From IMG/VR virus record IMGVR_UViG_2882238243_000002, positions 1-64,000 of that record: DNA of 64,000 nucleotides, one strand, 5' to 3'. The stretch's first letter is position 1; every line of letters starts with the position of its first letter. A program made the position numbers and the translations under genes. The notes below the pieces were generated by a model. It saw only the letters and a list, made by a program, of their open reading frames with translations, had not been told where the DNA came from and ran no database searches. Of the stretch, positions 1 through 8,774 are shown piece by piece. Source of the stretch: a virus (lineage: Duplodnaviria; Caudoviricetes).

Positions 1-243
1 ATGAAACAAATTGAATTCAGGATGGAAAGACCAAATCTGGTAAAAGTTGGGGATGAGGTGGAGGTAAGCGGCAGAGACCTTCAGACGCTTCAGGGAATGA
101 TGTACTGCTATATGATTGAACCGGCGGTTGCGATGAGCGGAAATATCCCGATCAGCGATAAGATTAACACGACAAAAGGGGTAGTCAGTAAGCTGGAAAC
201 CGGCCCGAGCTATTGGACGGTGACGGTTGATTTTGAAGATTAG
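1..243 (+). CDS. Host hypothetical protein (80 aa)
   Basis: ORF with higher GC than the prophage; lies upstream of the tRNA. Confidence 0.7.
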   Translation: MKQIEFRMERPNLVKVGDEVEVSGRDLQTLQGMMYCYMIEPAVAMSGNIPISDKINTTKGVVSKLETGPSYWTVTVDFED

Positions 244-305
244 CTGGAAAAAGAGGATGAAAGTTGTCTGAATATTAAGAATTTTTGCATTTTTCCAAAA
301 AACTC

Positions 306-334
306 TTGCATATTCCTTAAAAAGTATATATAAT
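306..334 (+). promoter_or_regulatory. Sigma70-type promoter of tRNA-Thr
   Basis: TTGCAT(306-311), 17-nt spacer, TATAAT(329-334). Confidence 0.75.
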
Positions 335-358
335 CACATATAGTTGATTTTTCAACAG

Positions 359-431
359 GCTTCCGTGGCTCAGTTGGTAGAGCGATTGATTCGTAATCAA
401 TAGATCGTGGGTTCGAGTCCCATCGGAAGCT
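359..431 (+). tRNA. tRNA-Thr(CGU), probable prophage attachment site
   Basis: Acceptor stem GCTTCCG/CGGAAGC; anticodon arm ATTGA-TTCGTAA-TCAAT; T arm GGTTCGAGTCC; no encoded CCA. Confidence 0.96.
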
Positions 432-473
432 TTAAAAATGTAGCGTGTTTACAAGGGTTTTATGGATTTTACT

Positions 474-491
474 TTGATTACCTTGATTACC
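474..491 (+). repeat. Tandem TTGATTACC x2, possible integrase arm-type sites
   Basis: Exact 9-bp tandem repeat about 40 bp from the tRNA 3' end. Confidence 0.45.
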
Positions 492-566
492 TCAATAGTA
501 TAATAGAATAAAATAAGGAGGAAATTTTGTATATTGGATAAATCAACGCAAATAAATATAAATCGT

Positions 567-620
567 AAAAAATAGGGTAGAAGAGAAATGATAATATATT
601 TTCTCGACTACCCTATTTTA
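567..620. terminator. Bidirectional intrinsic terminator at the end of the lysis operon
   Basis: AAAATAGGGTAG...CTACCCTATTTT inverted repeat. Confidence 0.75.
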
Positions 621-640
621 TTTATTTACCTCTATCCAAA

Positions 641-1075
641 CTACCCAATTAATTTTTGCAACACGACTATAACAGCACCCAAGGAGCCAGCACCCAAAAT
701 AACAGGAAATAATTTATCTCTAATAAAATCTCGCAAATCAAACTTCATCTTATTACTTTCTAAATCTACCTTCGAATTAACAGCATCAACCCTCTCTTGT
801 AATTTCTGCTCTAATTTACCTTGTCCATTTTTCACTTCATCAATCTGATTATCTACTTTATTAGACAACTCTTTTTGACCTTGTTTAACTTCAACTAAAT
901 CATCTTTCATGGTATCCATACTGGTGGCCATAACTTTTATAGATGCAGCTATATCATAAATTGCCTTCTGCTCGGATTTTATCTCTTTAATTTCATCTTT
1001 GATATCTTCAATCTGATGTGTATTACTTTTTGTTCTTTGCTCGACTTCTGCAAGCTTTACTTCTACATCGCCCAT
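641..1075 (-). CDS. Coiled-coil protein with C-terminal TM helix (XhlA/BhlA-like lysis accessory)
   Basis: GAGGAGG RBS before ATG 1075; EQRTKSNTHQI motif; hydrophobic C-terminus; next to the endolysin. Confidence 0.65.
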   Translation of the reverse strand: MGDVEVKLAEVEQRTKSNTHQIEDIKDEIKEIKSEQKAIYDIAASIKVMATSMDTMKDDLVEVKQGQKELSNKVDNQIDEVKNGQGKLEQKLQERVDAVNSKVDLESNKMKFDLRDFIRDKLFPVILGAGSLGAVIVVLQKLIG

Positions 1076-1113
1076 CACATCCTCCTCGTCTTCTTTATAA
1101 TGTCTAAAATGCC

Positions 1114-2055
1114 TTATGCTAAAGCTTTGTTCCATGTTATCTTTCCAACAACCTTATCTTTCTCTAATCCTTTTGCGCTTTGATATTCATATGTAGCGGT
1201 AGCAGTGTCAGCATTAAATGTTGTACTGAAATTCTGTGGATTAAAACCATTTACAAATAATAATCCATTCCATGCTTTTACCATGTCACCAGTATTATTT
1301 AGTTTCAAAGTTGGCAATAAAGACTTAGTTTTATCTCCTAAGACTCCATCAACTTTTAACTTTTTTTTTACATCTGTAATGGTTTTATTTATTGCAATTT
1401 GAACAATCGTAACCATTGCTTTTTTAGACAAAGTTCCAAAAACACCATCGTCATCAATTTTCGTATATGTGAACGTAGGCTGATAAGATTTTATCTCCGA
1501 AAGATTAGAGTTGATATATTCATTAATCCATTTCTGTACGATCTTAGTATTTGCTTTAGTGGCACTTTCTGAAGTAGTAGTAGTGGTTGATGTTGTTGAG
1601 GTTTTATATTCACTCATAAACAGTTCAGCTTCACGTTTTCTTCTCGCAACTAAAGCAGCCTTATACGTTGTTGCACTACCCCAATATATAGGAAAATTCT
1701 TATAATAATCGTTAACAGAGCTGCTATGCTTTATTAATTGCATTAATCCATTTGAACCGTCTGATTTTCCAAGTCCCCGATTAAAAACATAGCTCACCAA
1801 TGCATCGAAAGAGGATTGATTCAAATTTATATTTGTAACATACTTATTAACGTATCCTTCAAATTTAACCAAATCCTTGCGCAAAAGTTCTATTGCTTGT
1901 GCCTTTGTTATGGTCATACCTTTATATACATCTACTCCATAGTGTCCAACTCCGATGGTAAAATATTTCTCGCCACTTAGTTGATAAGCACTTAGTTTAC
2001 ATCCTTCTTCTTTGATGAGGAATTCAATCCCTTTTTCTGATGTTTTGTATCCCAT
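1114..2055 (-). CDS. Endolysin (GH24 lysozyme plus C-terminal peptidoglycan-binding domains)
   Basis: EEGCKLSAY...TIGVGHYG, FDALVSYVFN, LVARRKREAELF; repeated DGVxG motifs after a Thr-rich linker. Confidence 0.92.
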   Translation of the reverse strand: MGYKTSEKGIEFLIKEEGCKLSAYQLSGEKYFTIGVGHYGVDVYKGMTITKAQAIELLRKDLVKFEGYVNKYVTNINLNQSSFDALVSYVFNRGLGKSDGSNGLMQLIKHSSSVNDYYKNFPIYWGSATTYKAALVARRKREAELFMSEYKTSTTSTTTTTSESATKANTKIVQKWINEYINSNLSEIKSYQPTFTYTKIDDDGVFGTLSKKAMVTIVQIAINKTITDVKKKLKVDGVLGDKTKSLLPTLKLNNTGDMVKAWNGLLFVNGFNPQNFSTTFNADTATATYEYQSAKGLEKDKVVGKITWNKALA

Positions 2056-2135
2056 TTAATTCCTCCATTTCCTAAAAATAAAAGAAGAGCAGATTTAAAA
2101 ATCCACTCTTCTCACAATTCATTTTTTATAATTTA

Positions 2136-2435
2136 TTACTTTGATATAATTTGTTCAATTGCCTGTTTTACTTTATCATAACTCGTCATCGATACTAATG
2201 CTGAAGCTAATCCTATAAGCAGCATATAGATTATATTGTTTAAATCAAAGACTATACCAGTCAACTGATAATATGTAGCCGTACCTACGATACCTACAAT
2301 AAGAGCTACAATTAAAGCTAATACATTTGTAGAATAATTGACCTTATCTGTAGTTAGATTTTTTATAGCTTCGACCACCAAAGTAGTCAACGTTGAAAAC
2401 GCTGTAAGTAAGAGTAAAAATAAATTAATTGTCAT
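2136..2435 (-). CDS. Putative holin
   Basis: 99 aa with three hydrophobic segments directly upstream of the endolysin. Confidence 0.75.
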   Translation of the reverse strand: MTINLFLLLLTAFSTLTTLVVEAIKNLTTDKVNYSTNVLALIVALIVGIVGTATYYQLTGIVFDLNNIIYMLLIGLASALVSMTSYDKVKQAIEQIISK

Positions 2436-2455
2436 AATAATTCCTCCTGGTCTAA

Positions 2456-2782
2456 TTAAAATTTACTAGTTTCGATTTCTGGATTTATATTTGCTTCATC
2501 AACCAGTCCGTTTACAAGATTTATAGATCTACTAATAGTGTCTTGTTCGGCACTGTCTAATAGATCCACACATTCTTGTTTGTTCTTATATTTTATCTTT
2601 AGTTTCAGGATTGTCTCTAGATTTTCCATCTGAAACTGACTTCCCTTTTCACTCGTTGATTTCTTCATGTACCAAATTATACTGCTTATTGCCAAAGAAC
2701 CCGATATCCCAACTACACCTGTAAAGAAAGCGACAGAAGAATAGTCGGTCAAGTTTATAACGATAGGTATGCACTTATTCAA
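2456..2782 (-). CDS. Hypothetical membrane protein (lysis region)
   Basis: ORF with one TM segment. Confidence 0.55.
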   Translation of the reverse strand: MNKCIPIVINLTDYSSVAFFTGVVGISGSLAISSIIWYMKKSTSEKGSQFQMENLETILKLKIKYKNKQECVDLLDSAEQDTISRSINLVNGLVDEANINPEIETSKF

Positions 2783-3006
2783 TACATAAAAAAATTGAGC
2801 GAAGCAAAATATTGTAACCAGTTTTGAAAAGTTTGGCTTGAGTTGTTTTAGTTTAAATTTTCTTATAAAAACACTTCCTTTTTGAATAAAATTCGGATAA
2901 ATAATAAAAATTTATTGGTTGAAACTGTCGTTTCATCTTGCTAAATATACTGTTATACCGTAAAATAATTTTATATATGAGTGGGTAAGGAGAGTATGAC
3001 TATCGA

Positions 3007-3288
3007 ATGTTTACCGAAAAAGACTTTTGCGAAATTAATAAAAATCAATATGATATTATTCGATTGGCTGAAAACTGTATTGAGTTGAAATCTGTTTTAA
3101 CAGGTCATTACTGGTTAATCATTTCATGTGATAATCCTAAATTTTTATTGTTTCATAAATACTCGGCTTATCAAAATTATCATAAGCAAGAGATAAATGA
3201 ATATGCTCACACCCGCTTAGTGTTACGCTATATTAAGGGACATGATAAGGCGTATTATTCACGCACCCCAGACGTAAACAACCTTTAG
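3007..3288 (+). CDS. Hypothetical protein (counter-oriented moron)
   Basis: AAGGAG RBS; opposite strand to the late operon. Confidence 0.65.
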   Translation: MFTEKDFCEINKNQYDIIRLAENCIELKSVLTGHYWLIISCDNPKFLLFHKYSAYQNYHKQEINEYAHTRLVLRYIKGHDKAYYSRTPDVNNL

Positions 3289-3401
3289 TTATTATCAATA
3301 ATCTGCTGCTTATCTTCTTCGGTAATCCACCCTTTTTCTACAGCTTTAGTTAGCACAAGTTCTCCATTTGATTTGTATAATCTAGTCAATGTATAAACCA
3401 T
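3285..3401 (-). CDS. XkdX-like small protein (38 aa, below the ORF-track cutoff)
   Basis: MVYTLTRLYKSNGELVLTKAVEKGWITEEDKQQII; the V.KGWIT.E motif is typical of XkdX; GGAGG RBS. Confidence 0.75.
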   Translation of the reverse strand: MVYTLTRLYKSNGELVLTKAVEKGWITEEDKQQIIDNN

Positions 3402-3402
3402 A

Positions 3403-3759
3403 TTACTCCACCTCCAAGCTATTTAAGATTAGGGCATCTACTGTGTCCTCAAGATACTTAATTCTCTTTGTTGTACTGTCAATGTTCTTTAAATTAAATG
3501 TTGCGACCAAGCTAACCACTTCTGCATCTTCATCCGTTACCGTCTCTAATTTTGCGCTAGAGAGTGTTTTATCTATAAAGGTATTGCATAACACACCTTC
3601 GTCATTTAAGAAGCTGATTTGCGACAAATTATCGTCTGTGAACTTATTGTAAAGTTCCTTGAAAGCATCCAAGCTTTCAACTTCCACACTGACAAAGTTT
3701 TCGGACGCTCCGTTCTGGATTTCAATTTGCTCGCCGCTTTTTAATTCTAATTTTTCCAT
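3403..3759 (-). CDS. Tail-associated hypothetical protein (XkdW-like position)
   Basis: Acidic ORF between the baseplate gene and the xkdX-like gene. Confidence 0.65.
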   Translation of the reverse strand: MEKLELKSGEQIEIQNGASENFVSVEVESLDAFKELYNKFTDDNLSQISFLNDEGVLCNTFIDKTLSSAKLETVTDEDAEVVSLVATFNLKNIDSTTKRIKYLEDTVDALILNSLEVE

Positions 3760-3852
3760 GATTGTTTCCTTTCTGCTCTTTTGAGCATAAAAATAAGACC
3801 GATTAAGGTCTTTGCTGTTACTTAGTTAAAGTGTGGATTACTATCTATGCGA

Positions 3853-6102
3853 TTACGCTACAAAGAAATGTCCACTTATAAAGAAATACGGATTTGAAAT
3901 AGTTGCCCCTATCGCTATATAAATTTTACCGTCTGCGTCAATATAAGCACTTGATGAACCAACACTTCCTCCGTTTCCATTTGCGTCGGAGTTTGATGCC
4001 AGATATGTGTTTCTAATTGGTTTTTCTGAAGATGTAGCGACATGATAATATGCCCCCGCTGCAAAGGAACCCCCATTAAACTTAATTGCTAATGACACGT
4101 CGCAACGTTTATTAACTTTGTGCAACGACGCTAAATTTGAGTCTACTATGCAATTTGTATTTGGTGTTATCGTGAACGAATTATCAGCTAAAGTCTCCTT
4201 TATGTCGTCAATTTCACCTTGAATAACTGGACCCATATCTGCACCAAGTACCATATCAGTGTTGGTCGTTAACAGATTGTGAACTATATTTGCTTTATCA
4301 ATTTTCTCATCAATTTTTCTATCAGTCATCCAAAACCTTGACTTAAAATCTACAGTCGGTATTACGCTATCGGCTGAAGTTACTATAGTATTATTTCCCT
4401 CATAGATATCAAGTTCTATCGGCTCTGAAAAGCTTGCTGGAATATATGCACCATTAACCTCTTGCTCATCTGACAATAGACTTAAAGACACTGCAAACGT
4501 GATCTCCTCAGTTAATATTGCGTTTGGCGAAACGTTTATTGATAACTTTGCTCCTGACGGACTATCGACAGGGTTTGTAAATTCAACCCGATTATATGGT
4601 ACACCCTCCATCACATTTGCCGCTTCTTCAAAAACGCCGCTACTATTAAGTAACCATAGCGTAAATGATATATCCCCATTACCTGTATTACTTCCTGATA
4701 TAGTAGGTGCCTTAAAGACAAAATCAGTACCTGCTTCAATAGGGTCAATATCGAGCAAAATAGAAATATCTTTATTTACTGATGTAGGCTTAAGTGTGAT
4801 AAAGTTTGTGCGTTCATTAGCTTTAAAATAAGTACCGTTGATATCACTTGAGAGATATAAATAGTCGGTGCCTTTTTTAACTTTAATATAAGCCCCCTCC
4901 GTATTTCCAGTAACTTTTGTTACGATTGCCTTTCCTTCAGAAGGACTCTCATAAGTGAACAAGGAAGCAGTTACTTTATATTCTGTATCTGAAAATTTAT
5001 CAGCCAATCTTAAAAGTGCAGACTTGATACTCTTGAATAAGTTTTTCAATGAAGAACCAGAAATAATTGTTTTGAGCGAAGTCGAAAGACTTGGAGCCGA
5101 TGAAGTTGTACTGTAATCTTCAAACTGTATTGGAGTATCTGCCGTAACATCTTGTAATATCTCCCAATCATTATTTTCATTACTTGGTTCAGATGTAGTT
5201 GATGATACTTTACAATACCAATATGCACCATTGTGAATAACCCAATCATTCAACACATAAGTACCAACAACCCAATGTCCTCTAGGTACTAGTCCGATTC
5301 CGATACCTTGAACGCCCTGTGGTATTTTAAAGTCTAATACTTGATTATATGATGTCCCCGAATTTGTTACAGTAGCCTGTGTGCCAGGCTCGCCAGTTGT
5401 AACAGTTCCAATTTCAACTGTAGTTGATGGTAAATCAAAGTCAAAGACTGCGTGCTGTGGATCGTCCGAAGTATTTACAACAGTTGCCATATTGTAATCA
5501 ACGACACTTACATTTCCAACGTCAGCGGTAGCAGTAAAATAACCCTCTGAAATCTTAGTTTCAGTGTCTTCAATAAGATTTTCCATTTCTGTAATTTTTT
5601 CTTCTGCATCTGCCGTAATCACATCGGCTTTGTTTAGGGCATTGTAGAAAAAAGTAAAATCATCTGTACTCATGATTTCACCTATAGCTGAATCATTAAC
5701 TCTAATTTTAAAAATACAAGTAGTTATCGCTACCTCTACGTTGGTGTTTGTATCGGGATCTAATTCTTCTTTTGTTAATGTTATTTGAGCAGTACAATCA
5801 CCGACTGACTGACACATTTGGTCTGTAATTGGCATCGCTATGTAGTTATAATGTTCCTCTAATTCATCACCAAAAACAGTCTGTTTATTAAAAGCCAATG
5901 TCCCATCTGGTTTTTTAAAAATTAAATAAGCAGTCATATTGTCGGGGATGACATACGTCTTACCATATTGTTTTAATCCTACCCACAAAAGGCGAGAGTT
6001 TTGTTCGCCTTGATTTACAGAATACAAAATTTTATCTGAACTTCTGTCTAAATCGACCTGAATAGTATCTTGCTTTGCATATTGACTTATATCTAATGCC
6101 AC
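3853..6102 (-). CDS. BppU-family baseplate/tail fibre (receptor-binding) protein
   Basis: N-terminal QGEQNSR..KKPDG (BppU/DUF2479-like); VTTGEPGTQATVTNSG..LDFKIPQG repeat; gp53/RBP-like C-terminus. Confidence 0.8.
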   Translation of the reverse strand: MALDISQYAKQDTIQVDLDRSSDKILYSVNQGEQNSRLLWVGLKQYGKTYVIPDNMTAYLIFKKPDGTLAFNKQTVFGDELEEHYNYIAMPITDQMCQSVGDCTAQITLTKEELDPDTNTNVEVAITTCIFKIRVNDSAIGEIMSTDDFTFFYNALNKADVITADAEEKITEMENLIEDTETKISEGYFTATADVGNVSVVDYNMATVVNTSDDPQHAVFDFDLPSTTVEIGTVTTGEPGTQATVTNSGTSYNQVLDFKIPQGVQGIGIGLVPRGHWVVGTYVLNDWVIHNGAYWYCKVSSTTSEPSNENNDWEILQDVTADTPIQFEDYSTTSSAPSLSTSLKTIISGSSLKNLFKSIKSALLRLADKFSDTEYKVTASLFTYESPSEGKAIVTKVTGNTEGAYIKVKKGTDYLYLSSDINGTYFKANERTNFITLKPTSVNKDISILLDIDPIEAGTDFVFKAPTISGSNTGNGDISFTLWLLNSSGVFEEAANVMEGVPYNRVEFTNPVDSPSGAKLSINVSPNAILTEEITFAVSLSLLSDEQEVNGAYIPASFSEPIELDIYEGNNTIVTSADSVIPTVDFKSRFWMTDRKIDEKIDKANIVHNLLTTNTDMVLGADMGPVIQGEIDDIKETLADNSFTITPNTNCIVDSNLASLHKVNKRCDVSLAIKFNGGSFAAGAYYHVATSSEKPIRNTYLASNSDANGNGGSVGSSSAYIDADGKIYIAIGATISNPYFFISGHFFVA

Positions 6103-6138
6103 AAAATCACTCCTTTCCTATATTAAAAAAGAGACTGA

Positions 6139-6384
6139 TTATTCAGCCTCTTGGTTATTTGTATTATTCTGTTCTTCTAATTGAGTGATTTTTGTATTAT
6201 ATTCCTCAATTTCTTTTTGGGCTTGTAAGTTGTTAGCTTCAACTAATTGTCCAAGCAAATCACGTAAGATATATGTTTTAATTGACAGTGAGAGAGGAGT
6301 ATTATTAATTAATTCTGCAAGCTCATTTGAAAAAATATTTATTTGCAAACTTTCTGGTACTTTAATATCTTCGATTTTCTGCAT
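6139..6384 (-). CDS. Hypothetical phage protein
   Basis: ORF with GAAAGGA RBS in the tail module. Confidence 0.7.
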   Translation of the reverse strand: MQKIEDIKVPESLQINIFSNELAELINNTPLSLSIKTYILRDLLGQLVEANNLQAQKEIEEYNTKITQLEEQNNTNNQEAE

Positions 6385-6531
6385 AGATTTCCTTTCATAG
6401 TAAAATATATAGTGTGTACTTCATGTTGACGAGTCAGTTTTTAATAGATATAATGATTGTATAGATATGTAAAAGATGGAATTTGTTTTTGGCTATACAA
6501 AGGGAGAATATAAAAATACGGAGGTTGAGAT

Positions 6532-7275
6532 ATGAAAAATATTATTATAAAAAAATTGTCGTTGTTAGCTGTTTTAGTTTTAATTATCAGTTTGATTGTG
6601 CCGAGTTTTACAACAACATCATTGGCTGTAAAATTACCTAAGAAGAGAACTGTGATATATTACAATACTATAGTCATTGCAAAGGGCGAGAATATAAATC
6701 AATACTTTTATAAAAGTGGTAAAGATTATACCAATAAAGCAAAATGGTCTACTAGTAATAAGAAAATTGCCACCATTGATAAAAACGGTAAAATCAAAGC
6801 AAAGAAAAAAGGAAAAGTTACAATAACTGCTAAATATGGCGGTAAGAAATACAAATGTATTGTATACGTTGTTAGTAGAAAAACGTTATACGAAGATAAA
6901 TATATTAAAATTCAAACCAAATATATGACTCAATCAAATAATGGAGCACTTCCAGAACAAATTGATGAAAAAGAATTAAAAGAAATAAAACTAAAAGTTA
7001 CAAATAAAACAGAAAAAGAATATTTATTTGGCGCTACCAAGCTTAAATTAAACAGTCGTAATTTAAAACTTGGATCGCGTGGATATGGGAATACTTATTT
7101 GGAACCTAAGTCCGCTAAAGACTGGAGTATTATTACTACATGGAGCTTTGGAGATGCCAAATTTCCAGAGAATATATCTAAGCTAAAAACCGTTACGGCA
7201 ACTTTTAAGTTAAGCGACAAAGACAGCAATAAGAAAATAAAAACAATTAACATAAAGAACAAAAAGGTGAAATAA
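6532..7275 (+). CDS. Secreted Lys-rich protein with Ig-like (Big_2) domain; moron
   Basis: Signal peptide; KWSTSNKKIATIDKNGKIKAKKKGKVTITA is a Big_2 motif; counter-oriented. Confidence 0.8.
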   Translation: MKNIIIKKLSLLAVLVLIISLIVPSFTTTSLAVKLPKKRTVIYYNTIVIAKGENINQYFYKSGKDYTNKAKWSTSNKKIATIDKNGKIKAKKKGKVTITAKYGGKKYKCIVYVVSRKTLYEDKYIKIQTKYMTQSNNGALPEQIDEKELKEIKLKVTNKTEKEYLFGATKLKLNSRNLKLGSRGYGNTYLEPKSAKDWSIITTWSFGDAKFPENISKLKTVTATFKLSDKDSNKKIKTINIKNKKVK

Positions 7276-7295
7276 CACGAAATAAAAGAGGCTAT

Positions 7296-7480
7296 TTAAA
7301 TAGTCTCTTTTAATTTATTTAATTCTTCATTTTGTTCTTGGACTGCCTTCCATAAAATAGCAATAGTTGAATATAAATCTATAGCATCTTTTTTTTCATT
7401 AATTAATTCACTCGGTGTTTCTCTTTCAACAATAAACCCATAGTTTAATCTATCAATACCCTTCTTTAAATCTTGTTTCA
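7296..7480 (-). pseudogene. Detached 3' fragment of the tail-tip gene (peptidase S74-like chaperone C-terminus)
   Basis: Removing the IS and one AAT copy rejoins ...IIYQYNL-KQDLKKG...YGFIVERETP...LWKAVQEQ in frame. Confidence 0.88.
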
Positions 7481-7563
7481 AATTGATGTTAGAATTTAAA
7501 TAGTACAAGTCAAAATGAGAAATTCCAATATAAAAAATTATGGTACAATACTTGTACTGAATC

Positions 7564-7863
7564 ATGGAGGGTCTCATTATGCCGAAGAACTATGACAAAC
7601 AATTTAAATTGGATTGCATCCAGTACTATCATGACCACAAGGAGCTTGGTTTGATTGGCTGTGCCAACAATCTTGGAATCAGCCACCAGTCTATATCAAG
7701 ATGGCAAAGAGAATTTCGTGAGACAGGTGATCTCGAATCTAGAGGCTCTGGAAATTTCTCTTCGGATGAAGAAAAGGAGATTGCCCGTCTTAAGCGTGAA
7801 TTGCGCGACACACAGGATGCACTTGATGTGTTAAAAAAAGCCATCGGCATTCTGGGAAAATGA
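7564..7863 (+). CDS. IS3 transposase OrfA (HTH)
   Basis: YDKQFK..ANNLGIS..ISRW HTH, EIARLKREL zipper; AAAAAAAG slippery site at 7833-7840. Confidence 0.92.
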   Translation: MEGLIMPKNYDKQFKLDCIQYYHDHKELGLIGCANNLGISHQSISRWQREFRETGDLESRGSGNFSSDEEKEIARLKRELRDTQDALDVLKKAIGILGK

Positions 7864-8774
7864 CGCAAGCCATTTACCTCGAAGTATCTGAGAAGACAGA
7901 AGCTTCCAAGAAAAACGGACGCCGTGTTTCTGTCTCCAGAGTGCTGCGAATCTTAGGCGTTTCACGATCGGGATATTTCGCATTTTTAAGAAAAACTCCT
8001 TCAAATACACTCGTACGAAAGAAAACTATAAAGGCCAAAATAAGAGAGATTTATGATGGCTCCAAACAAAACTATGGTGCTCCCAAAATCACCAAAGAGC
8101 TCAAAAAAAAGGGAGAAGTTATTGCAGAACGAACGGTTGGTACCTACATGAAGGAAATGGGAATTAAAGCGCAATGGGTAAAACCATGGACAATCACTAC
8201 AAAAGATTCTGATTTTAGTAACGAACTTCAAAATATCCTTGATGAACAATTCAATCCTGACCGCCCTAACGCTGTTTGGTGCACCGATATCACTTATATT
8301 TGGACCGTAGACGGATTTGTCTATCTGACAAGCATTATGGATTTGTATTCCAGGAAAATCATTGCATGGACACTTTCAGAAACGTTAGAGGTTTCTTGTG
8401 TAATTGATGCCATAACCAAAGCAAAAGCACGTCGCAAAACAGATCTTCCGTTGATTATACACAGCGATCGCGGCTCTCAGTATGTTTCAAAAGCCTACAA
8501 CGAAGCAACCGAAAATATGAAGCGTAGTTATTCAAAAAAGGCCTTCCCATGGGATAATGCATGTATTGAATCATTTCATGCACTCATAAAACGGGAGTGG
8601 CTGAACCGATTTCATATCCTCGATTTCGACCAGGCTTATCGCCTCGTATTTGAATATCTAGAGGCATTTTATAATACAAAACGTATCCACAGTCACTGTG
8701 ATTATATGTCACCAAATGACTTTGAAAAACTATATGAGCAGAGCCAAGATGGCCGCCTGCTTCTAGCAAGTTAA
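7860..8774 (+). CDS. IS3 transposase OrfB (DDE)
   Basis: WCTDITY, DLYSRKII, HSDRGSQY, DNACIESFH motifs. Confidence 0.95.
   Translation: MTQAIYLEVSEKTEASKKNGRRVSVSRVLRILGVSRSGYFAFLRKTPSNTLVRKKTIKAKIREIYDGSKQNYGAPKITKELKKKGEVIAERTVGTYMKEMGIKAQWVKPWTITTKDSDFSNELQNILDEQFNPDRPNAVWCTDITYIWTVDGFVYLTSIMDLYSRKIIAWTLSETLEVSCVIDAITKAKARRKTDLPLIIHSDRGSQYVSKAYNEATENMKRSYSKKAFPWDNACIESFHALIKREWLNRFHILDFDQAYRLVFEYLEAFYNTKRIHSHCDYMSPNDFEKLYEQSQDGRLLLAS

Noticed and set aside
7296-7577. 93-aa ORF as a stand-alone gene
   Set aside because: Chimera of the IS left end and the severed tail-gene 3' fragment
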